Made by a program: the position numbers and the translations under genes | In this document: positions 29,597-37,584 of the stretch, piece after piece | How positions within the stretch are numbered: position 1 is the first letter of the stretch | Layout of the letters: each line of letters opens with the position of its first letter | Source of the DNA: a virus | DNA length: 64,000 bases | Virus record (IMG/VR): IMGVR_UViG_3300045988_173816 | Coordinates: 220,027-284,026 of that record | Direction: 5' to 3' (one strand) | The notes under the pieces: model-generated | What the model saw: only the letters and a program-made list of their open reading frames with translations | Databases searched by the model: none | What the model was told of the DNA's origin: nothing

Positions 29597-30080
29597 TAAA
29601 GAAACCGCAATAGTAACGTTCACTTATCCGTATCAGTCTCATGGGGATAGCTACTTTCTTGACGAAATTAACTACGAAGATCTGTACAAGTTTTTCATTG
29701 ATTATTGTACTTACTTTGACGGATTTGCCTTTAGTGCTTTAACTTCTAACACAACATTTGCTGATTTTACGGAAAACAAAGAGACAGTGAGAAGTCAAAT
29801 TGATTTGATTTTTAATGAAGTATTAGCCTTAGATACAGATGCTAAGGGTTTTTACAAATACGGTACTGTAAAGTCTGAGAGAGGTCTTACTGTAGATGTT
29901 TGTTTTAGTAAGTTTTCGGATACAGAACCTAGAGTCGTTGATTATGGTTCTCATATTTCTCCTTTGATTGTCTTTAAGTTTGAACTTTCTTTTCTTGGTG
30001 AGAAACGCCCAGAATCTCGTTTTATGATGACAGTTACGAAAGAAAAAGACTTGAAACAAGGTTTACCTAATTGGAGGTAA
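29586..30080 (+). CDS. hypothetical protein, paralog B of a tandem pair
   Basis: MKISKETAIVTFTYPYQ...VRSQIDLIFNEVLALD...KEKDLKQGLP, shared with paralog A. Overlaps paralog A by 11 nt. Confidence 0.6.
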   Translation: MKISKETAIVTFTYPYQSHGDSYFLDEINYEDLYKFFIDYCTYFDGFAFSALTSNTTFADFTENKETVRSQIDLIFNEVLALDTDAKGFYKYGTVKSERGLTVDVCFSKFSDTEPRVVDYGSHISPLIVFKFELSFLGEKRPESRFMMTVTKEKDLKQGLPNWR

Positions 30081-30086
30081 TATTAT

Positions 30087-30416
30087 ATGTTTAAATTATC
30101 AAACGGAAAAACATATTCCCGTTTAGAGATTTACTGCTTTGATGACTCGCTAGGTTATATAACGAAAACCCCACAAGGGTATCATTTTACACTCGTCAAG
30201 TCTGAAAACCTCCGCCACAAGTTCACTTTGCTTAATTTGAGTGAACAATCTACCTCAGAAGAAATAAGAAACTGGATGAAGGGGTGCTTAACTATAACCG
30301 ATTCACGCGCTAATAGAAGTGAATGTTATCCAAGCTGGTGTCGTACAATGGAAGATGAGATTTCGGTTTATTCTCACTTTCTTGATTGTGATATGAGGAG
30401 GTGGGAATATGTTTAA
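30087..30416 (+). CDS. HipS-like small protein (stand-alone HipA N-terminal subdomain-like)
   Basis: 109 aa, immediately upstream of and overlapping (ATGTTTAA) the HipA-like kinase ORF. EIYCFDDSLGYITKTPQGYHF and IRNWMKGCLTITDSRAN resemble HipA N-terminal segments (recollection). Confidence 0.35.
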   Translation: MFKLSNGKTYSRLEIYCFDDSLGYITKTPQGYHFTLVKSENLRHKFTLLNLSEQSTSEEIRNWMKGCLTITDSRANRSECYPSWCRTMEDEISVYSHFLDCDMRRWEYV

Positions 30417-31215
30417 ACCTACCTCAAGTTTAGGGTATCAACCAAAATACACTTCTCCTAATGGTGGTTATTGGTACAAAGAAGATTTTAAAGGTGGGGA
30501 AGCTTTTGTGGAAGTTTTAGTTTCTACTTTTCTAAGGTCTTGTAATTATATGACTTCTAAAGATTTTGTACCTTACTACTTTAAACACACTTCAGTTGAT
30601 TCTTTTGATTTAAGAACTTGTGTGTCTTCAAACTTCTTACAAAAAGGAGAGCAGTTCATTTCATTTAAAAACCTTTTGTCTTTAGTGCATCCTCCTACGG
30701 ATACTTTAGTAGGTTTCGACTCTAAATTAGACTATATTAGTTCTGTTTTCCAACAAACGGTCGGTCAGTCTTTCCGAGAAGAACTGTTAAGGTTGTTGAC
30801 GCTAGATGTTATGTTTAGAAACACAGATAGACACCTCTCCAATTTCGGTATTATTTTAACTCCTAACTGCTCTATTCGGTTCGCCCCTATATTTGATAAC
30901 GGACTTGCTTTAGGGGTCTCAGAAGGTGCTTATTTTGATTTAGACAACCTTATAAAAGGTTTCGGTTATAAAATTAAACCTTATGAACTTGCGGTATCCA
31001 CTTTATCTCCAAAAATTGATACTTCTTATTTTCCGTTTGATGTCCTTTATTTTGTTGAGGTAGTGGATAAAAATATTCCTAAGTCCAATCTATTGTTAGG
31101 TTTCTTAAATTTGTTGGTTTTGTATTATCCGACTGATTGCAAGGGTAGAGACACTAAAGAGGTTTTAGAGTCCGTATTTGGCGAATTTAGTAGAAAGAGA
31201 TTTTTAAATGACTGA
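30409..31215 (+). CDS. HipA-family (HipT-like) Ser/Thr kinase core
   Basis: DVMFRNTDRHLSNFGIIL (catalytic loop, cf. N.DRH..N) and FAPIFDNGLAL (cf. PaYD), typical of the HipA C-terminal kinase domain. Confidence 0.6.
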   Translation: MFKPTSSLGYQPKYTSPNGGYWYKEDFKGGEAFVEVLVSTFLRSCNYMTSKDFVPYYFKHTSVDSFDLRTCVSSNFLQKGEQFISFKNLLSLVHPPTDTLVGFDSKLDYISSVFQQTVGQSFREELLRLLTLDVMFRNTDRHLSNFGIILTPNCSIRFAPIFDNGLALGVSEGAYFDLDNLIKGFGYKIKPYELAVSTLSPKIDTSYFPFDVLYFVEVVDKNIPKSNLLLGFLNLLVLYYPTDCKGRDTKEVLESVFGEFSRKRFLND

Positions 31216-31606
31216 TCAAGCTATGTCTAACGCTCAAGGTTTCAAAGTTTGGTACAACAATAGAAAACGAAGTAGTGTGGTGCTTTTAACTTTAGTTCTT
31301 ATCTTTTTATTGACTAGTTTCTTACCTAGTTTTATTAAGAACTTCCCAACTTTAATTACCTATGTTTTTGGATTTTCGAAGGTTAATGCTTTTGTTCCTT
31401 TAAAGTTTACTTATTTTATACGTTTTAGCTTTATTTACTTGGTATCCGTTGGTTTTACTGCACTTATTGAAACAAATGAACTAGAACCTTATGACAATTT
31501 GACCTTTTTAATCTTCTCATTATTTATGGTTTTAGTAGTTGTAGTTGTTTCTTTAATAGGTTTCCTTTTTATTTCTGCAACGGTTCCAACTAATTTAATT
31601 AAATAA
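31208..31606 (+). CDS. multi-pass membrane protein
   Basis: Three to four hydrophobic segments. 8-nt overlap with the kinase gene. Confidence 0.5.
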   Translation: MTDQAMSNAQGFKVWYNNRKRSSVVLLTLVLIFLLTSFLPSFIKNFPTLITYVFGFSKVNAFVPLKFTYFIRFSFIYLVSVGFTALIETNELEPYDNLTFLIFSLFMVLVVVVVSLIGFLFISATVPTNLIK

Positions 31607-31621
31607 GAAAGTGGTATTTAA

Positions 31622-31906
31622 AATGTTAACGAAGATTTAGACGAACTAATTGAAGACTACAACGAACGCTATCGCAACGCAAACGATTGGGTATTCTACG
31701 CTACAACAGAACTTGAACTAGAAGAAGCAAAAGCAAATAAAGCTCAATTAGTTCACGATTACTCTCAAGCTCTTTACGACTTCTTATGGGACAAACTTCC
31801 TCAACTAACTGCAAAAGATTGCATTGCTTTTGATTTAGTGCCTTATGGGGTGTGGAAACGGTTTAGTGGAAAATTTGGTTTGATTTTAAAGAAAATTAAG
31901 GAGTAA
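31622..31906 (+). pseudogene. start-less 94-codon ORF (possibly frameshifted small gene)
   Basis: Hand translation NVNEDLDELIEDYNERYRNANDWVFYATTELELEEAKANKAQLVHDY...KKIKE*. No ATG/GTG/TTG near its 5' end. An RBS-preceded ATG at 31623 is one nt out of frame and stops after 5 codons. Confidence 0.3.
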
Positions 31907-31925
31907 TCTCCTGTAAATAAATTTG

Positions 31926-31954
31926 TTGACAAAGATAATAACTTGTGCTAAAAT
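31926..31954 (+). promoter_or_regulatory. SigA-type promoter (TTGACA-17-TAAAAT, TG-extended)
   Basis: -35 at 31926-31931 and -10 at 31949-31954, preceded by TGC, 7 nt upstream of the tnpA ATG region. Confidence 0.6.
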
Positions 31955-31960
31955 ATACTC

Positions 31961-32584
31961 ATGATTAAATTACAAGACATGGCTAACCGATTAGGTGTCA
32001 GCATAAAAACATTACAAAGATGGGATCGTGAGGGTATTTTAGTAGCTAAACGAACCCCAACTAATAGACGTTATTACACAGAAGACCAATACTTGTCTTA
32101 TGTAGGTAAATCTCAACCTAAAGGTTTAATTTTGGCTTACACAAGGGTATCCAGTAGAGGTCAAATAGATGATTTAATTTCACAAACAGAGTTTTTAAAG
32201 CAATTTGTAAATGCCAAAGGTGAGATTTTAGATGAAGTTATTTCAGATATAGGTTCTGGTCTTAACTATAACCGTAAGAATTGGAATAAATTACTTTTAG
32301 ATTATGTAGCTAAAGGTTTGGTGAGTAAAATCTATATCACTTATAAAGACCGATTTGTTCGTTTTGGTTTTGATTGGTTTGAGCGCTTTTGTAATTACTA
32401 TAACTGTAAAATTGTAGTAGTGAAAAATGAAACTACCTCACCACAACAAGAATTGGTAGATGATTTAATTTCGATTATCCATGTGTTTTCTTGTCGTATT
32501 TATGGTTTGAGAAAGTACAAGAAGGAGTTGAAGGACGATGAGAGCGTACAAGACAGAAATAGACCCAACTCCAAGTCAAATTGA
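31961..32584 (+). CDS. tnpA: IS607-family serine recombinase TnpA (MerR-like HTH + resolvase catalytic domain)
   Basis: LQDMANRLGVSIKTLQRWDREGIL (HTH) and ILAYTRVSSRGQIDDL (catalytic Ser motif). Confidence 0.85.
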   Translation: MIKLQDMANRLGVSIKTLQRWDREGILVAKRTPTNRRYYTEDQYLSYVGKSQPKGLILAYTRVSSRGQIDDLISQTEFLKQFVNAKGEILDEVISDIGSGLNYNRKNWNKLLLDYVAKGLVSKIYITYKDRFVRFGFDWFERFCNYYNCKIVVVKNETTSPQQELVDDLISIIHVFSCRIYGLRKYKKELKDDESVQDRNRPNSKSN

Positions 32585-33719
32585 GTTGATACATAAGACT
32601 TTTGGGTGTACTCGATATATTTACAACCAATTTGTATCTGAGAACTTAGAGAATTTAGCTTCGGATAAAGACTTTATTTCTGCTTTTGACTACTCAAAAA
32701 GAGTCAATAACGATCCTACTACACCTACTTGGTTAAAAGAAGTACCAAGTAAAGCAGTAAAACAAGCTTTAATTTATGCAGATAGGGCTTTTAAAGACTA
32801 TTTTTATAAACGCAATGGTAAACCTAAGTTTAAAAAGAAAGGTTTAAGTGAGAGTTTCTACCTCATAGGAACTATAAAAGTTGAGCGCCATCGTATATTT
32901 GTACCTGTTTTAAAGTGGCTTCGTTTGAAGGAGTTTGGCTATATTCCTAAGAACATCACCTCTGTAACAATTTCCATGAAAAATGGCAGATATTACATTT
33001 CTTGCTTATGTAAAGATGAAATTGATGAACGTATTCCTTTGTCTGACTACAATATGGGTATCGATTTTGGTCTGAAAGACCAATTTATTACAGAAGATAG
33101 AATTATACCTTCTATCAATAAGTCTTTGCGTATTAGAAAATTGGAACAACGTTTACGAAGAGAACAAAGAAAGTTGTCTCGTAAATATGAAGCAAATATG
33201 GTCGATAAGGTTTACTATCAATCCGGGGCTAAGAAAGGTCAACTTAAGTCTTATAAGTGGTTGAAACCTTTATCTGAGTGCAAGAATATTCAAAAGCAGA
33301 AATTGAAAGTAGCTCGTATCCGTGAGCGTTTAACTCGTATTCGAACGGAATATAATCGAAAAGCATTGCGTTCTTTAGTTTTAGAGCGAAAACCAAGCTC
33401 TATTACTATTGAAGACTTAGCAGTGTGTAATATGATGAAAAACCGTCATTTGAGTAAAACGATTTCAAAAGCGCAGTGGTATCAGTCTCGACTTTACTTA
33501 GAAAATTTGTGTAAAAAGCTAGGTATAAAATTGAGATTAGTAAGTAGATTTTATCCATCTAGTAAACTATGTTCGGATTGTGGTTTTAAGTATAAAGACT
33601 TGAAACTAAACGAAAGAGCTTGGACTTGTTCTAATTGTGGTAGTAAACATGATAGAGATGTTAATGCAGCCATCAATTTAGGACAATGTAAAGAATATAC
33701 TGTATTGACTGCAGTTTAA
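32538..33719 (+). CDS. tnpB: TnpB RNA-guided nuclease (zinc-finger-containing subtype)
   Basis: MRAYKTEIDPT N-terminus. RuvC I MGIDFGLKD, RuvC II ITIEDLAV, zinc finger CSDCG...CSNCG, RuvC III HDRDVNAAINL. Confidence 0.85.
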   Translation: MRAYKTEIDPTPSQIELIHKTFGCTRYIYNQFVSENLENLASDKDFISAFDYSKRVNNDPTTPTWLKEVPSKAVKQALIYADRAFKDYFYKRNGKPKFKKKGLSESFYLIGTIKVERHRIFVPVLKWLRLKEFGYIPKNITSVTISMKNGRYYISCLCKDEIDERIPLSDYNMGIDFGLKDQFITEDRIIPSINKSLRIRKLEQRLRREQRKLSRKYEANMVDKVYYQSGAKKGQLKSYKWLKPLSECKNIQKQKLKVARIRERLTRIRTEYNRKALRSLVLERKPSSITIEDLAVCNMMKNRHLSKTISKAQWYQSRLYLENLCKKLGIKLRLVSRFYPSSKLCSDCGFKYKDLKLNERAWTCSNCGSKHDRDVNAAINLGQCKEYTVLTAV

Positions 33720-33860
33720 ATAGGTCACTACCGTGGGTTACACGGGAAGTTAAGTTTGTGGACTGTTATATCAAATGAAAGTAGACTTTGCAGTTCAAAC
33801 TGTAAAGACAAAATCAGACAGGATGAAGCAAGAAAAGTTCTAAAATAATTTAGAAAGGTC

Positions 33861-34304
33861 ATGAAATATATGTTTGAGTATATTTTGTGTAACAGTTGCA
33901 TAATGTTCGTTAAACATTTAATTTCGTTTTTGGTTTGGGTATCCACTATTTTTGTAAGTTTTTCCCATAATCCTTTTTCAACTCTGACTGTTCCATTAGG
34001 AACAAATCCATTAAATGTAGATGATTCTAAGGTTGTAGCTTACTTGAAAGATAATCCAACCGTTGAATATACTTCTAACGTGGGTTTTGTTGATAAAGAT
34101 GAAGACTACGACTTAGCTCGTCTTATGGGTAAAGTAGTGGTAGATATTCGGTATCGAGAGAAACACGTAGTTTCTGAAACAGATTCTTTAGAAGAAGTTC
34201 AAGATAAAATCAATAAGATTAAGTCTGTAACCTCTATCGACTCTGACGAAGTAGCTCTTGCACTGCTTGGTAATATGACAGAAACAGTGAAAGTTTCAGA
34301 CTAG
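33861..34304 (+). CDS. hypothetical protein with N-terminal hydrophobic segment
   Basis: ORF-track ORF. The start is uncertain because the 5' part may overlap the IS right end. Confidence 0.45.
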   Translation: MKYMFEYILCNSCIMFVKHLISFLVWVSTIFVSFSHNPFSTLTVPLGTNPLNVDDSKVVAYLKDNPTVEYTSNVGFVDKDEDYDLARLMGKVVVDIRYREKHVVSETDSLEEVQDKINKIKSVTSIDSDEVALALLGNMTETVKVSD

Positions 34305-34317
34305 TAGTTTGATGTCC

Positions 34318-34346
34318 TTGACAATTCTTAATAGTTGTGCTAAATT
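34318..34346 (+). promoter_or_regulatory. SigA-type promoter (TTGACA-17-TAAATT, TG-extended)
   Basis: -35 at 34318-34323 and -10 at 34341-34346, preceded by TGC. Confidence 0.55.
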
Positions 34347-34352
34347 ATTTAA

Positions 34353-34410
34353 TAGACCATATAACAAACCTAAGATTGAGTGAGTAAATAATATTTCTCG
34401 CTTTTTCTTT
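34353..34410 (+). ncRNA. candidate ~55-60-nt small RNA or leader (promoter to terminator cassette)
   Basis: Lies between the promoter at 34318-34346 and a GAGTGAG/CTCGCTT hairpin (34378-34403) followed by TTTTTCTTTTT. A second promoter (34414-34442) follows for the next gene. No ORF. Confidence 0.3.
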
Positions 34411-34413
34411 TTG

Positions 34414-34442
34414 TTGCATAATCTTAGGATTTGTGGTAAAAT
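34414..34442 (+). promoter_or_regulatory. SigA-type promoter (TTGCAT-17-TAAAAT, TG-extended)
   Basis: -35 at 34414-34419 and -10 at 34437-34442, preceded by TGG. Confidence 0.55.
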
Positions 34443-34483
34443 AATACAAATTAGCAGTTAAAATTATAGTTAGAAAGGAGAGT

Positions 34484-34738
34484 GTGATGTCAACAGTAAT
34501 TACAGTGAAGACCTATACTCAAGCAACGGTTGGTAAACCTATTGCTTTAATTGAAACTTCGTCATTTACAACAGAAAGTTTGCGTGAAGCTCTATTTTCA
34601 TATTTCACAAAAATAGATGAAGTTACGTTACGAACATTTATGAGTGAATTAAATCGTTACGGGGTTGCTTATTTAACACATCAAAATTTGTTGATTCAAA
34701 TTAGTTATATTGGTGCTTTCCCAGAAGTAGATTGGTAA
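34484..34738 (+). CDS. hypothetical protein
   Basis: GTG start after AAAGGAG RBS. ORF-track ORF. Confidence 0.5.
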   Translation: MMSTVITVKTYTQATVGKPIALIETSSFTTESLREALFSYFTKIDEVTLRTFMSELNRYGVAYLTHQNLLIQISYIGAFPEVDW

Positions 34739-34744
34739 GAATAA

Positions 34745-35347
34745 ATGAGTGTAGTAGAGAATAAATTAAAAGAGATAGGGGTATCCTCAGAGGTGTCTTA
34801 TCTTTTTCCAAAACTTTGTACTTATTGCGATTTGGATTTGGGGTTAAGTTCTGACTTAACTGTTTTAAAATGTCCAAATCCTTTCTGCAGAGGGTTATAC
34901 TATCAACGTGCAGTAACTTTTTGCGAGGTGTTAGGTTTAACTCAGTTTAGCTATAGCTTTTTTGAGCGTTTAGTAACTGAATTTGGTTGGAAGTCGGAGT
35001 TTATTTCTGAATTTTACAACCTAGATAAACTCTTGGTTGATATTTCAGATAATGAGTTTCGTTCACGTTTTGAAGTATTTAAGTCTGAGTTACAGAAGGT
35101 AAAAGAGAGTCTAACTTTAGAGCAGTATTTAACTTCATTAGCACTTCCGATGGTTGAGGATATTATTCCTACGCTTTGTGAACGCTATGATACATTGGAC
35201 GAGTTTTATTCAGAGCTTGATATTGTATTGGACTTTGATGGTTATTTGACGATTTTTGGTTTGAGTATAGGTTCTGAGGATTTGATACTACGGTATCTCG
35301 AAATTTTCAATATTTATCGAAGAGATTTATTAGGTTATAAATTGTAG
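34745..35347 (+). CDS. LigA C-terminal-like protein (Cys4 zinc finger + HhH-like region)
   Basis: FPKLCTYCDLDL....LKCPNPFCRGLYYQRAVTF parallels LigA FP..CP.CG.......RC.N..CPAQ...L.HF (recollection). Confidence 0.35.
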   Translation: MSVVENKLKEIGVSSEVSYLFPKLCTYCDLDLGLSSDLTVLKCPNPFCRGLYYQRAVTFCEVLGLTQFSYSFFERLVTEFGWKSEFISEFYNLDKLLVDISDNEFRSRFEVFKSELQKVKESLTLEQYLTSLALPMVEDIIPTLCERYDTLDEFYSELDIVLDFDGYLTIFGLSIGSEDLILRYLEIFNIYRRDLLGYKL

Positions 35348-35379
35348 TTTAGACGGATGAGATTGGTGGTGAGCATAAG

Positions 35380-35670
35380 ATGATGCTTGTAGTAGATAAG
35401 CGTTTTGTGGTTTTAGAATGGAAAACTACAAACCCAAACGTTTATATCGAGGATACAGTTGATTTTGATACGCGTATTGAGTTAACAAGAAGATTGAATA
35501 AAGATGTTTATGAAGTTGTAGTGGAAGAGATTCCAGATGGTGTTTTAAAGAATTTGGTTCATGAAAAGGTAACAGTTTTAGTAGTTCCAACGGAGGCTAC
35601 TTTAACTTACTATGAACGAACAGGTAAAATTCCTGAATTTCTATTTGTGGAGAATATCTTAGGTGGTTAA
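35380..35670 (+). CDS. hypothetical protein
   Basis: ORF-track ORF, co-oriented. Confidence 0.45.
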   Translation: MMLVVDKRFVVLEWKTTNPNVYIEDTVDFDTRIELTRRLNKDVYEVVVEEIPDGVLKNLVHEKVTVLVVPTEATLTYYERTGKIPEFLFVENILGG

Positions 35671-37501
35671 GTTAGGTCAAAAAGGACAAGAATTACTGCA
35701 GTATCTAACTGCGTTCTTCGATAAATACGTTGAAGGTGAAGGTTCTCTAAGTGTCCAAGTTAATTCAGAAGAAACAACAGAAGAGCAAGCTTTATTTTTA
35801 AAGGAGAACAAAAAACTCTTAAAATCGGTTGGGTTACTAGATACAAGTCATTCTGTGAAAGACTTAGGTATGTCTAAACAAGAGCGAGAATTGGAGGGTT
35901 CTTTTTACACTCCTTTAGTTTGGGGTAGAAAAGCTCATGAACTTCTAAGTGACATTCCAAATTTGGAAGACTATGTAGTTTGGGATGCATCTTGTGGGAC
36001 AGGAAACCTTTTAATTAAATTTCCTAAGTGTAAGCACATGTACTTATCTACTCTTCATGAAGAAGATGTTCACTTGACAAAAGAGCGTTTTGAGAAAGAG
36101 CGTCCAGACTTAGAAACTACTGTTTTTCGATTTGATTTTTTAGGTTCTACTGACTCCTTATTGATTCAAAATTTCTCAAGACAACTTCCAGAGGGGTTGC
36201 AGAGGGTCTTACAGAACAATGAAAAGCTCATCATTTTGATGAATCCTCCGTACTCCACTAGAGGTGTATCCACCCCAGTCGCCAAGCGCTTAAGTTCTTT
36301 GAAGTTAAAAGGTTACGCAGCAGACTTATATAGTCAGTTCATGTGGCAAGTAAAGAACTTAGTTCAAGTACATCACTTAACTCAAACTGAGTTAATTTGG
36401 ATGGTTCCAGTTTCCTTTTTATTAAACCGCAGAACTTTTGAGGTTCGGAAAGATTATGCAACTGAGTTTGAGTTTCATAGTGGGTTTATGTCTCCTTTAG
36501 CTGACTTTCAAGGTAGTGCTAATGTAAGCTCAAGTTATTTGTGTACTACACGTTGGTCTACTAACCTCAAAGGCACAAAAGATTTGGTAGAGTTACCTGT
36601 ATATTCTCCAAATGGAGACTTTCTATACAGCCAAGCATTGTATTTAAAAACAAGGAGAGAAACTGCAAGTGACTGGGTTAAGAGTATCCATACTAGAAAC
36701 CATATTTCTTTACAGAAGATTGATAGTAAGGGGAATATAGTTTCAAATGAGTTGTCTCCCAGACAATATACTCCTTTGGGGGTATTTCAATTTTCAAGTT
36801 TATCTTATTTGAGTTTAGCTAAGAACTTAATTACGACTTGTGAGATATTTAGTATGGAAAGTCGAGCTACAAGGTCAATTACAGAACCGTATTTCCCAAT
36901 GTTGACTTACTTATACGCTCTGAAGTTTACTAGAGATATCCCAGTAGAAGTAGCAACTTCCCAAACCAAGATACCTAAGTTTGATGAGATATGGCAAAAG
37001 AGTTACCCTAACTTTGCTCTGTTATTCTTTATCAATCGAGAACTTTATGGTTTGTCTTTAAGGGATGTAGGTTACATGAACAAGGATAATTATGTTAATC
37101 CTTTCTTCTTTGTGTCTGAAGAGAAAGTAAAACAAGCGATTGAAGAGAATACCGATTTGGAATCAAGAACTGCTTTGTTAAAAGATTATAACCTATGGGT
37201 ATCCAAAGGTGCTTGTCTTCCTTTTTATCGAGAAGTGATCAAAGATGCTTTGAACTCGAAGGAGTTATTACCTTTGTTTAGAGAGGTTTATGCACACTTG
37301 GAGGATTTTTATTTGAGTGGTATCCGAAATCGTCGAGTGGACTCCGAAAATAGACTTACAAGCGCAGTAGATTTAGGATTCCACCAACTAAAAGAGTTGA
37401 AAGAAGTTCCAAAATCTGAGGTTTCTTTGTTCTTAGAACACCAAAGAGAAATGAAAGCAGAAGTTGTAAAAATGCTTCAAACTCTCAATTATGAAATATA
37501 A
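35663..37501 (+). CDS. N6-adenine DNA methyltransferase (gamma-class, Eco57I/TaqI-like), no adjacent nuclease recognised
   Basis: SFYTP, motif I VWDASCGTGNLL, motif IV LMNPPYS. About 350-aa C-terminal region could be a target-recognition domain. Confidence 0.75.
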   Translation: MVKLGQKGQELLQYLTAFFDKYVEGEGSLSVQVNSEETTEEQALFLKENKKLLKSVGLLDTSHSVKDLGMSKQERELEGSFYTPLVWGRKAHELLSDIPNLEDYVVWDASCGTGNLLIKFPKCKHMYLSTLHEEDVHLTKERFEKERPDLETTVFRFDFLGSTDSLLIQNFSRQLPEGLQRVLQNNEKLIILMNPPYSTRGVSTPVAKRLSSLKLKGYAADLYSQFMWQVKNLVQVHHLTQTELIWMVPVSFLLNRRTFEVRKDYATEFEFHSGFMSPLADFQGSANVSSSYLCTTRWSTNLKGTKDLVELPVYSPNGDFLYSQALYLKTRRETASDWVKSIHTRNHISLQKIDSKGNIVSNELSPRQYTPLGVFQFSSLSYLSLAKNLITTCEIFSMESRATRSITEPYFPMLTYLYALKFTRDIPVEVATSQTKIPKFDEIWQKSYPNFALLFFINRELYGLSLRDVGYMNKDNYVNPFFFVSEEKVKQAIEENTDLESRTALLKDYNLWVSKGACLPFYREVIKDALNSKELLPLFREVYAHLEDFYLSGIRNRRVDSENRLTSAVDLGFHQLKELKEVPKSEVSLFLEHQREMKAEVVKMLQTLNYEI

Positions 37502-37509
37502 GAAAAGTT

Positions 37510-37540
37510 CCCCTAAAACTTGACTGTTAGGGGATTTTCT
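37510..37540 (+). terminator. intrinsic terminator whose loop carries the next -35
   Basis: CCCCTAA/TTAGGGG stem, 10-nt loop, then ATTTTCT. Confidence 0.55.
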
Positions 37541-37548
37541 GCTATAAT
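37520..37548 (+). promoter_or_regulatory. SigA-type promoter (TTGACT-17-TATAAT, TG-extended)
   Basis: -35 at 37520-37525 (inside the terminator loop) and -10 at 37543-37548, preceded by TGC. Confidence 0.6.
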
Positions 37549-37584
37549 GGAATTTAGAAATTAGAAAAAGAAGGAGACGGAAAT

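Larger units (their letters stand above)
31907..33840 (+). mobile_element. IS607-family insertion sequence (tnpA serine recombinase + tnpB); boundaries approximate
   Basis: MerR-HTH/serine-recombinase TnpA followed by an overlapping TnpB, with its own promoter. About 120 nt of non-coding right end. Confidence 0.75.

Noticed and set aside
30087-31215. The 30087/30409 ORF pair as a frameshifted hipA pseudogene
   Set aside because: Not fully excluded. However, the 8-nt ATGTTTAA overlap resembles the translational coupling used throughout this element, and a detached HipS-like N-terminal piece has precedent in HipBST. It is therefore reported as a split system, with the pseudogene alternative stated.
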